The notes under the pieces were generated by a model. The model saw only the letters and a list, made by a program, of their open reading frames with translations, was not told where the DNA came from and made no database searches. Below, one piece after another: positions 12,940 through 23,466 of a stretch of 64,000 nt of DNA. Made by a program: the position numbers and the translations under genes. Source of the DNA: Sporopachydermia quercuum (Eukaryota); contig BCGN01000002.1 of the NCBI GenBank assembly GCA_001599295.1, positions 372,001-436,000 of the forward strand, given 5' to 3'. Numbering within the stretch: position 1 is the first letter of the stretch; every line of letters starts with the position of its first letter.

Positions 12940-13139
12940 TAATGGTAGCAAATATCATGAAATACTCGGTGGTTTCACTGCGTTTCGAGGTGTGGTCTTG
13001 GAAACAGAAACAAAAACAAAAATGGTTCATCAAGTCAGCCATATGGGTGGCTGCGCGAAGGATTGAGGAGTTCTAGCATATTGGGTTGTTACAAGATTTG
13101 GTTGACTTCCACCCGAGACAGAGAGACTTGCTACTATTA
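12940..13139 (+). ncRNA. Candidate structured RNA (unassigned)
   Basis: Nested complementary segments: 12940-12951/13128-13139 (12 bp, one G-U), 12965-12972/13109-13117 and 13031-13040/13099-13108 (10 bp, one G-U). No family recognised. Confidence 0.35.
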
Positions 13140-13214
13140 TCATACATTGTAGTACTCATCCTACTTAAAAATTCTCCATCGGGCAAGTAATCCTTAAAAA
13201 ATTTATATACAAGA

Positions 13215-14057
13215 TCAAGATCTAAACTCTTTGACTGAAATGACACCACTGTTAGAAGAAGCCTCGAACTTCCCTTGATCTGTGGGAAGCGCTTCTAAGA
13301 CAGAATCCATATACGACTTTTGGTCCACAACAGTTCTATTTTTCTCATGCTTGGTGTAATCGAGTTTGCCTGCCAAATACCCACATTTTTCTTGGTTTGT
13401 ATAGTATTGGATAACTTTTCTTCTGATAGGTCGGGCTTCTAGTGGTACACGTCCGTACTTTCTAAGAAACCAGGTTGGCTTCAAGTGGGCTTTTAAGCTC
13501 AAGGTACTGAAATATTTTGATGTAAACTTAGCGCCAGTTTTCTCAATAGCATTAATAGCTGGAGACGTCGCTTTAGTTGCTTCAATAGAAAATGGAACGG
13601 TATAATTTTCCTTTCCATTACCTAGAATTTTTATTCCATCATGTACCTTCCCAGTAACTAACCCTAAGTCCACCATATGCTTCATGTTCAAAACAGTGGA
13701 AGCATCCTTAGGCTCTAAGGGGATCCTTCCTAGATCATAAAACTCTTGAATGCGGGCTAAATTCAATTCCTGATAGTCAGGTGCTTTAATGTTCTTAAAT
13801 CCTCGTTTGGGGAATAATTTCGTGATTGGTGTCTGACCACCTTCAAACCACAAACTAATACTTTCCCGGGCTTTCTGACCCTTTTGACCTCTACCAGATG
13901 TTTTACCCTTTCCACTCGAAGGACCCCTACCAACCCGCTTTGCGTTCTTCAAGACGCCAGGTACCTCACGTAGGCTCCCCATAATACTTGAGTAACATCT
14001 CAATGCTGCGGGGGCCAGCAAACTCTGAGACCTACATGCAACAGAAAATAAAGACAT
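13215..14057 (-). CDS. MRPL10: Mitochondrial ribosomal protein uL15m
   Basis: 'KRVGRGPSSGKGKTSGRGQKGQKAR...FEGGQTPITKLFPKRGF' uL15 signature with a presequence-like N-terminus. Confidence 0.95.
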   Translation of the reverse strand: MSLFSVACRSQSLLAPAALRCYSSIMGSLREVPGVLKNAKRVGRGPSSGKGKTSGRGQKGQKARESISLWFEGGQTPITKLFPKRGFKNIKAPDYQELNLARIQEFYDLGRIPLEPKDASTVLNMKHMVDLGLVTGKVHDGIKILGNGKENYTVPFSIEATKATSPAINAIEKTGAKFTSKYFSTLSLKAHLKPTWFLRKYGRVPLEARPIRRKVIQYYTNQEKCGYLAGKLDYTKHEKNRTVVDQKSYMDSVLEALPTDQGKFEASSNSGVISVKEFRS

Positions 14058-15085
14058 TTTGTGATGAGGTATATTATCTTCAGCGCTAGAACTCTACCCC
14101 ACTATCAGCCATAGTCCCTAATCACGTAAATGTACACAAATCTCTGTATAAAAGATAATCTGATTCAATCATGTCCTAAAATTTTATCAAAGATAAAGAA
14201 TGGGATGATTGGTATATTAATACTAATTGATTTGGCAAATTTTCCATTTACCTGCCTTGACCATTTGAGGTTTTTGGGTGTAGTCTCACTACAACCACAA
14301 TATCCTTCTTAAGAATAACCCCCATACTATTTGGAGATCTTGTACTTATACGTTCATGCATAAAATAACATCTACATAATTTGAAGCGATATGGATAAAA
14401 AACTGTACATCTGAAACTATGAAATTAAATTCCTACTAATGATTAGTTCTTAATTCAAAATTACTAGATAATCACGTTTTTCAGTATGACTTGCCTTGCT
14501 TACAAGTTTCAAAGTCAGAAGAGATGTAAAGTAGCCACCCAAAATTGTCATATAAATTGCGCATGGTTGTGCATAGGAAACTGCCGTAGGTTAGTCAAGC
14601 AGAGGAGAATTTCCGAATCATCATCTATCATTTCATTAATAATTGCCCAGTTACAAGTTTTCAGAACAACGTTTGACAAATAGCGAAGCTACATTTTACA
14701 CATATGTTATTCGATGAGTTTATGCATTCTATGGTCAAATTTCAAATGTTTCTAGTTTTGTATCATTGTGATGTAAATTAATGTTCCAGACGTATCCTGC
14801 TTTTCGGCACAGGTGCATACATTATGCACAGCTATGCACAATTATGCTTGCCCGACGTACTTTGGGAAGCATTGTTTTTGTTTTTTTGGACCACGACATA
14901 TAAATCAGTATAGCTACAACATTTGACTTGTTCGATTTGATTGTTTATACTTTTTTTTAGGGAAATTACTTTGTTTGTGCGATAATATCGGCCGTTTTTG
15001 AAACTTATGTATTTTCTCTGTATTTCTCTGCCCTTGAAACTTGGAAAGCAGTTTTAGTTCAGCTGGCTTGAAATCAAGATTCTTA

Positions 15086-16300
15086 ATGGCTGAATCGTTC
15101 CTCAATCAACCAATTGTCATAGACAATGTGAGTATTCTTCTTTCGCAATTTTGACTCTGTCTTCCTTGGCAATTTTTAACACGGTTCAAAAAATCTTAGG
15201 GTAGTGGTATTATGAAAGCAGGGTTTGCAGGGGAGGAGCATCCACGAATTATAATTCCGTCATTGTTTGGGAGACCTAAGTATAAGCGAGCAATGGCAGG
15301 TTCCATAGAAGGGACACAATTCGTAGGTGATGTGGCTCATAAACTGAAAGGATTGTTAAGACTTCATTATCCTATTGAACATGGTATAGTAACAGACTGG
15401 GATGAAATCGAATCTATATGGTCAGCAATAGGATCTAACTTGAAAGTTTCATATGAAGATCATTCATTCCTCCTAACAGAATCTCCATTAAATCCAATTA
15501 ACAACAGAACAAAAATGGCCCAGGTATTTTTTGAAACATTCAACGTACCGGCACTCTATGTTTCTATACAAGCAGTGTTGGCACTTTATTCTACAGGACG
15601 AACAACGGGCGTTGTGGTGGATTCGGGCGATGGCGTAACACATACAGTACCTGTGTATGAAGGCTTTTCTCTTCATAACGCTATTAGTAGGATTGATATA
15701 GCTGGTAGAGATATTACTGAACAACTACAGTTCTTACTTTGGAGAAGTGGGCATAAACTCCAGTCGTCGTCTGAAAAAGAGATTGTTCGTGATATAAAAG
15801 AAAAGAATACATATGTTTCATTGCATCCTAAAAAGGAAGAGAGAGAATGGAGTTTGTTGCCAACGGATAATAGTAAATCAAAAGGGTCAACGTATACACT
15901 CCCAGATGGAAAAGTGGTAAATCTGGGACAGGATTCTTTCAGGGCTTCAGAAATCTTGTTTGATCCCACGATTATAGGCTCGGAAGATCGGGGCATTCAT
16001 GAGCTTGTACTGGACTCCGTAGGGAGAACTGATCTGGATTTGCGATCAACTCTTTATTCTAGCATAATTCTATCGGGTGGTACAACTCTTTTGAAGAATT
16101 TCGGTGAAAGATTACTGAATGAATTGAAAGCGGGTACACCAAAGGGCACAAAACTGAAAATATTTGCACCACCGGAAAGAAAATATAGTGTGTGGATTGG
16201 TGGGTCGATTCTGGCAAACCTAAGTACGTTCAAACAATTATGGGTAACCGCGAATGAATATCGAGAGAATCCCGATCTGATTCACACAAGGTGTCTATAA
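15086..16300 (+). CDS. ARP1: Actin-related protein 1 (centractin, dynactin); exons 15086-15127 and 15200-16300
   Basis: Exon 1 MAESFLNQPIVIDN, intron GTGAGT...TTTTAAC...TAG (15128-15199), then GSGIMKAGFAG. Actin fold with Arp1-type 'NQPIVIDNGSG' and 'APPERKYSVWIGGSILA'. Confidence 0.93.
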
Positions 16301-16432
16301 CAATCATAGTAAGGAGGGGAAGTAAGCATGTACATTAACAACAATTATTTAAGAACCATCAAAAATTCATTTTAGCAACTATAGAAGTTCAACTTCTTGC
16401 ATATGTACTAAATCTCACCGAGACCATTGCTC

Positions 16433-17165
16433 TTAAATACAGTAGTACCGATCACCAAAGTCCCCAATTCCTGGGTAAATGTACTTTTCTGCAGTTAATC
16501 CTTCGTCGATCCCACCAACGATGACTTTGATAGAAGGATACTTCTCAGTAAATGTTTTAATCCCTTCTGGCGAGGCTAACAAGTTTAAGAAAAAAATTCT
16601 TTCAGGTAGCACACCTCTGGATAAGAGTACTTCCACAGCCATCATAGCGGAGCCTCCTGTTGCAAGCATAGGATCAAGAAGAAAAACGTATCTGTCAGCG
16701 ATGTCTTCTGGTAGCTTCTCGTAGAATAGCTTGGGTTGTGCGGATTCTTCATCCCTTTGAATAAGGATCTTCCCAATTCTTACACTTCGACAACAATCTC
16801 TCAATCCTTGTTCCATAGATTCGCCAGCTCTCATGATTGATACACCACATATTTTTCCTTGGAAAGATACGCCAGAGTATTCTAACCCTACTGGAGTTTC
16901 CACAACTTCTTCTTTTACAGGCAAATGATTGAGTCCTTCTTCCACGAGTAATCGAATGATTCTGTCAGAGTAGAAGATGAAGTCACTTCTCGAGGTCTTT
17001 TTATCTCTGATTATACTATATTCAATGTTAGTACGTTATGATTGCATTACATTTCGGCATTAATTAATCTTTGATAAACCTAACAACTTTTACATACGTA
17101 AACAAACCTTTCAATTGATTTGTTTGATGTAGCAAAACAACGTTTGCAGGTAAACTAGAAGCCAT
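16433..17165 (-). CDS. FUR1: Uracil phosphoribosyltransferase; exons 17165-17098 and 17015-16433
   Basis: Intron GTATGT...TACTAAC...TAG (17097-17016). Spliced product contains 'TIIRDKKTSRSDFIFYSDRIIRLLVEEGL', 'LLDPMLATGGS' and 'PGIGDFGDRY'. Confidence 0.96.
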
Positions 17166-17682
17166 TTTCGAGTTTAGAATGATTTTATTTTTTCGTGAAG
17201 TGATTCAGTATTCCGCTTACATTTGAGACCATCTACCAATCGAAAACTTTCTCGAATATTTTCAGGTGCGATCGATGTAGACTTTCTTGCGAAAGAAAAA
17301 ATAAAGAACCGGCACAGCGAATTGTATTGTCTAGGCGTTGATCTTATTAGTAATAAAAATCAATATGTAATTCAGACCCGAACTTCTGAAAATATTATTA
17401 CAAGAGGGCCATGCAGCTGTATTTATCGTCTATTTGAATTAACGACCGCAAGAGAAATTAGTGATAAGAGTCCGCAACTCAAAACGGTAGCTCATTTCTA
17501 TAAGGAAAGTGATTCTTATTTCTATTTTCGGGGTGGTAAATTAGGTTTCCATTGCCGAAAAGAGGTTTAACATTGAACCAAGATATGAGATGAGTTGTAG
17601 GGCTGAAATATGCAAACAGTTATTCAGCTATTCATAAAAGAATCAAAGAGTAACCGCATTGATAGTAATAATGTTTATAGCT

Positions 17683-18513
17683 CTATTCATGAGCGCCGAA
17701 AGTAGACCTGATTTTGTGCTTGGCCTTGTTACGGAAGGATTTATTGGTGAATATGCTGCGGTCATCAATATCAGGCACTAACAACTCTGTCGATGAATTG
17801 AGATCTTCAATTGCCTCTTGATTTGTGTTGAGAAGCTGTGGTTGCATATTATTCGGCTTCCAGGGTCTTGAAGAGCCTTTTTTGCATTTATCAATGGCTT
17901 GTCTGATCTTCTGCTTGAGTTTAGCTCTTCTCCCTTCTGGTGCGGGTTGAATTTCAATATTGAAATCGTATTTCTCAAGCTCTGAAAGAAGATTGTTCTC
18001 GTTTTCTTGTCCCATCAATAGTGAAGTTAGTGTAGTGCATCTACTTTGAGGGCTGACTTCATTGATAGATGGTGATCCAGTTGAATGATCTTCCCTTTTT
18101 GAGGGCTGGTATTCTTCTGTGTTGAGTTCCGTTTGCCTGGCCGTTTTCCTGTTGAAGATGTCTTCTGAGCATTCGAGAAAGTCTCTGAGATTAACCGCGT
18201 GCTCATTTTCGTTGTTTGTGAGTGAGGTTTTTATATGCTCCTTTTCCATGTGGTTGTATGATAATTGCTGCGATCCGGTTTCTGCTAAAATCCCTGATAG
18301 ACATTTTGCATCATAATCTGACGTGCCTGTGATACTCAATGCGGAAGAAGATTTCAGTAATGAACATGCCTTCCAGATCATACCTCTGTTAAGAAAACGG
18401 AACTCTGACTCTTTACATTTGATTTCTTCTCCAGATCCTTGCGACGGCGTCCACTCTTTGGTTATTTGGAAGGGTTTGCTGAGCCCATCTTCGATAATAC
18501 TACTCATCTGCAT
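17683..18513 (-). CDS. Hypothetical protein (276 aa)
   Basis: Long ATG-initiated hydrophilic ORF with no recognised domain. Possible 5'-UTR intron upstream (GTAAGA ~18609, GACTAAT, acceptor ~18528). Confidence 0.6.
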   Translation of the reverse strand: MQMSSIIEDGLSKPFQITKEWTPSQGSGEEIKCKESEFRFLNRGMIWKACSLLKSSSALSITGTSDYDAKCLSGILAETGSQQLSYNHMEKEHIKTSLTNNENEHAVNLRDFLECSEDIFNRKTARQTELNTEEYQPSKREDHSTGSPSINEVSPQSRCTTLTSLLMGQENENNLLSELEKYDFNIEIQPAPEGRRAKLKQKIRQAIDKCKKGSSRPWKPNNMQPQLLNTNQEAIEDLNSSTELLVPDIDDRSIFTNKSFRNKAKHKIRSTFGAHE

Positions 18514-19133
18514 TTTTCTTGTTTCTCCTGTTACAATTTATCTTGACATTAGTCAGAATGCGTGTCCTTATGATATCCCATCAATTTTGTATGTCTATAT
18601 ACTTCTTACCTGGGTAAATAGAATATTAAAATGCGTTACATTTCCTTATAATAAATAGATTATCTGTTTGGTTCTATATGCGATCCCACAGCAGTTAGGT
18701 GATTGGGGTGTTCACCCTTGAGTTTGGTTTATCTGTAGCCATTGTATTTAGTGTACTTGAATTTGGACCACAAACTTGAATTAACAAGTCATATTTGATG
18801 TTTGGATTTCACTTCGTGATTTAATCCCAAGTCACCAGATCATTTACAAGTATCTAGTATCCTGATTACATATAAATAGAAGCATCAATCTAATTAAAAT
18901 CTCTTTTGTCGTATACAGGTATGTAGGTTTTGTTGCAGTCTTTTCATATCAATCTCATTTTTGTGACTTGTGTTATGTTATTCTTTGGGTCCCAAGTTTG
19001 TGTGATACCCATATTTGGAATTTCTCAATGCAGTTGTGGGACATAGAATATCTAGCTTAATCAATTCACTTGACAACTCAACCAAATCATCAGTTTAGCA
19101 CTCTAAGTGAACTATTAACAAAGCCATAAAATC

Positions 19134-20341
19134 ATGGGCTATAAAATGAAAAGGTTGTTTGCATATCTATTGAAAACGAAAAAGGATAACCTTCAAAAGA
19201 TATGCTTTCACAGTGGGATTCGTAAGTGCAAAACGATATTAGAAGGTGAAGAAGGGCAATACAATTTTTTATGAACAAGCAGAAGAACTAACCCACGGTA
19301 ATTATTATTCTTTTTGTTTTAATTTTTATAGAGACCACTGGTAGGAAAGGTTCTCTTGCTGAGAAAATTTGTGAGTCATTACTCAAACAAAAGAAATACG
19401 ATGAATTAAAGGGGATCAACGGTCCTGGTCCTGGAACAATACTGTCCCTCGACATAGGGCTTCGTAATCTTGCATTTTGCCAACTTACCGTACCTAGCAA
19501 TAATGATATGGAAAACCTACAAGTAACGATTACTCAATGGACGAAAATTGATTTGACAAAGCACATAATGTCGATTGACTTGGAGAGTCTCTCACGTTTC
19601 GCATATGAATTCGTCGAATGTTTAATAATTAGGCCAGAAATTAAGCCAGACATAATGTTAATTGAAAGACAGCGATTTAAATCAACCAACAATTTTGCTG
19701 TACCTGAATGGATAATAAAGGTAAACACACTGGAAATATTACTAATATCAACACTAAACTGCTTGAAGAAACTCGGAATATGCAATACCAAATACCATTC
19801 GGTATCCCCCAAAATGAACAAGTTTTACTGGGATCGTCAAATAAAGACAATGACATTGGATCTGGAAAAGTCTAATGATCCCAAAACAACAAAGATTAGA
19901 CTTACAAATCGATGGCTTCGGGAACATGCACTTCCATCGAAAGAGAATGTTCCACCTATAAGACTTCCTGTACTCGATGACGATATACGAGCTTTTATAC
20001 TTCAAAATACTATTGAGAGTTCTAATCTGCAGCAATCGCGCAGACTCTTCCATGTTGTCAAGCATATGCAAAAAAATTTTGATAAGACTGATTTAAATAT
20101 AAAGTATCAAAAGGATGGCCAACCAGATCAACCCATCAAAGGAGACGATTTGGCGGACTGCCTCTGTCAAGGCCTTGCTTGGTTACAATGGGATCGCAAC
20201 TTAAGATATTTTTACACGCTTACAGAAGAGTTCTTACACAAAGAAAAGACATCGGATAGTCCCAAGAAAGCATTGGAAGAGCAATTCGACGTCTTATTGG
20301 AGCATTATATAGAAGAAATAGAAACGTATCGATTAGGCTGA
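19134..20341 (+). CDS. CCE1: Mitochondrial Holliday-junction resolvase (Cce1/Ydc2 family); exons 19134-19221 and 19332-20341
   Basis: Intron GTAAGT...AACTAAC...TAG (19222-19331) joins a SAP-like N-terminus to 'ILSLDIGLRNLAF', 'LIERQRF', 'VNTLE' and 'KGDDLADCL' (RuvC/Ydc2 catalytic motifs). Confidence 0.88.
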
Positions 20342-20873
20342 CATTGATTAGTTACTATGTGTTAGTACTTCTTAAGCGAACGCTACTTAGTCAATTCAGA
20401 ATAATTAAATTGACCTTACCTATCTATGTATCGTTTAATAATCTTCTTGTTTAGACATTATGAGTAGATTGGATATATGATTTGTGTATATATATACTAT
20501 AATAGTGGGCGGGCATTGCATTGAATGAATGTTCATCCTCCTTGTGGCAATTAAATACACTTTCAGATTATGTGATACAAAATTTCCCTTCAGTTGACAC
20601 CCACATATTACAATTGGGTTACACATCAAGTACCATCTCCAAATGTACTAAGGATAATGTGTATCGAAATAAAGCTCCCAATTTCAATTTAACTCCGTTC
20701 AACTTGATTTTATAATCATCAGTAACAACAGTAAGCTTGCAGTAAGTGATCAACTAAGATATCTTAGTTGAAAACAGGTATCATCTGGCAGCAATCTCTA
20801 TAACGGACGAAGAACCAGCAGCGATCCTCCAACCGCCAGTTCTTTTACAATAGCAGTAACAGCAAAGAAGAAA

Positions 20874-21479
20874 ATGCAACTGAAAATAAGGAATACCTTG
20901 ACACAGGCATTGAATGTTCTGTTGATATTTTCAACGTCATTTATGTTTTGGAAGGGTCTCAGCGTTGTGACGAATTCTAGTTCACCGTTGGTTGTAGTAT
21001 TATCAGGTTCTATGGAGCCAGCATTTCAAAGAGGTGATATCTTATTTCTATGGAACAGAAGTGATAGAATTAACGTGGGTGAAGTTGTTGTTTATAATAT
21101 CAAGGACAAGCAAATCCCTATCGTTCATAGGGTCTTAAGGGAACATTCAACGTAAGTCTTCTATTTTCAATGGTTGTGCAGTAAATGATTAGAACTATCA
21201 TCATATTTGAGCGGAGAAAGTGGATATCTCATTACTAACAAATTTAGTCCAAATTCTCAATTGCTGTTGACAAAAGGTGACAATAATCCTGTCGATGACA
21301 TTAATCTTTACGCTCACAATCAAATGTACTTGGATAGACAGAGGGAAATTGTAGGTAGTGTGAAAGGCTATATACCGAAAGTTGGGTATTTTACAATATT
21401 ATTGACGGAAAATCAATATGCGAAGATTGTTCTATTAGCAATATTAGCGATTACCACTCTGATTCAAGGTGAGGAGTGA
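20874..21479 (+). CDS. SEC11: Signal peptidase complex catalytic subunit; exons 20874-21151 and 21248-21479
   Basis: '[16 protein letters not shown]', 'IPIVHRV' and 'LLTKGDNN'. Intron GTAAGT...TACTAAC...TAG (21152-21247) keeps the frame. Confidence 0.96.
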
Positions 21480-22397
21480 TTCAAACGGAGAAATACAGTA
21501 GCGTGAGGAGATTAGTTAACGGTACCATTTTGGGGCTTTTTCATCGTGGTGACGTTCGCTAGTGTAGTAGTATATATTTCACTATATCTTTTAATGACGG
21601 AACGGATATATCAAATATAGTCATCGAACCAGAAAATTCACAAGTGTGTCTAGTAGGTCTGATGGAATGAAGGGGGNCTATCAAATTATTGACAAATGAG
21701 AAATGATATAGAAGTATAAGTCAATTGGAGAATATATTTAGCTCGATATTTAATGACTCCTTTCAAATGGTATGTACTCCACAGTAAGATCTTCTCGTCT
21801 GCTAGATTTTATCAACGCTAGTGATAATACAATCGTTCCATTTATTTGTTTTCAGGCAATTTGTGTGAAGAGGTCATCATACACTTAATAGTCAGATACC
21901 CATAAAAGCATACGCATTCGAAATTCTTGTGACATGCAAAAGTACTACTCATTCTATATGTAGCCAACGAAAGGAATCATTCAGATCTCATCCAATTAGA
22001 GATTCAATAAGAATAATTAACAATGACACAGTAGAATATAAATTGTTTTATGCTTTACCCAATTAACTATTATAATATGCACTTTCCTTGAATCATCCAG
22101 ACACTTCGACTGTCTTCCCCTGCAATATTTCATACGGAGACATTGTAGTGAGGTTGTCTTCAGACAACCCCCATTGAGGGGTCATACTCTTTCTCCATCC
22201 CTAGTGAGATCTCAAACTATACTTCCATCAAATAGATTGATTGGACTACAATAGAAAGTAAATCGGGCAAAAACAACAACTAACTGGGTTGTTTCCTGTC
22301 GCAGAAGACGAAAAGACACATATAAAAGAATAAAATATGAGATAGTCTGTCCAAAAGATCTGCAAACTTGAAGCTTGAACTCCCACTACCCGAAATT

Positions 22398-23144
22398 ATG
22401 TATAGTCTTGCCAAACGAAACTGCAGTCTGACCAGCAGGAGAAACATAGACGTTCACTCTAACTTACTGCACCCTAGACTTCAAACGAATATTCGACAGA
22501 TGAGTTCTAATAACCAAGAAAAGAAGAACGTATTTACAAATCGAACTGGGTATTTGAAGAAAGGAATCCAGACCGTAAGGGCACATCCCATTTGGCCCGT
22601 ACTGATTGCCCTAACGCTTTTAGGTTCTCAGTTGATACATATCATTAATAAAAAAACTGAATACGAAGACATGACTAGAGTTTATAATCTGAGGATCAAT
22701 GTTCTAAAAGAAGTGATAGAACGACTGAAAGTAGGGGAGGAACTAGACGCCAATGAAGAATTGAGAATCGTTAATGAAACTTTCCAAAGATATAAAAGAG
22801 GAGTAAAAGGTACATCAGCGGATAAAAACGAGTTTGCAAAAGCCATTAAGTTGTCTGAGGTCCATGAAAGTCAATCAACTGAGATTGAAAATGAAGAGCT
22901 AAGTGCTCTCTTCAAAAATTTTGCTGAACCAGATAAAGGTATGCGAAATCAGAATACAGAAATTGAATCACAACTAGAAAGAGGTTCGATAAATGGTGAT
23001 GTTGGAACCACAACCCAGAAGCAAGTAGCAGACATACCATTTAACTATCCTGTCGAGGAGGAAAATGACGTAGCCGGTACGACTTACAGAAAAGCAGATA
23101 TGAAGGGTGAATCTGATAATGAAAACTCAGTGAGATTTTTATAG
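22398..23144 (+). CDS. Probable mitochondrial single-pass membrane protein (DUF5321-like)
   Basis: Basic presequence-like N-terminus, one hydrophobic segment ending 'LLGSQ', then 'RINVLKEVIERLKVGEELD', resembling fungal DUF5321. Confidence 0.65.
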   Translation: MYSLAKRNCSLTSRRNIDVHSNLLHPRLQTNIRQMSSNNQEKKNVFTNRTGYLKKGIQTVRAHPIWPVLIALTLLGSQLIHIINKKTEYEDMTRVYNLRINVLKEVIERLKVGEELDANEELRIVNETFQRYKRGVKGTSADKNEFAKAIKLSEVHESQSTEIENEELSALFKNFAEPDKGMRNQNTEIESQLERGSINGDVGTTTQKQVADIPFNYPVEEENDVAGTTYRKADMKGESDNENSVRFL

Positions 23145-23466
23145 ACTAATCACTTATGGATTGATTTCACTAGTAATATTATGTAAATATACTAAAAACT
23201 ATTTCTCGATATTGTATTCGTAACCAGAGTGGTCAAATACTGGACCATCTTTTAGAGTAGAGACCGGATGTAAGAACGGTGGATGTAAAAACGGTGCGTT
23301 TCAGTACCTATCACTTAACAACATATCTTCCACCAATTACGGATTATTGTATCATGGTTCCCACACATTCTTTCCTGAAAGTGAGTTGCACATATATGAT
23401 TCTTTAAAATTGTAAAATAACATTCAATATACAAAATACAATCTCCACTCATCAATTTGTAGTAAT

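Noticed and set aside
18598..18614. ATACTTCTTACCTGG, resembling the U1 snRNA 5' end
   Set aside because: No U1 stem-loops follow; better explained as a minus-strand splice donor.
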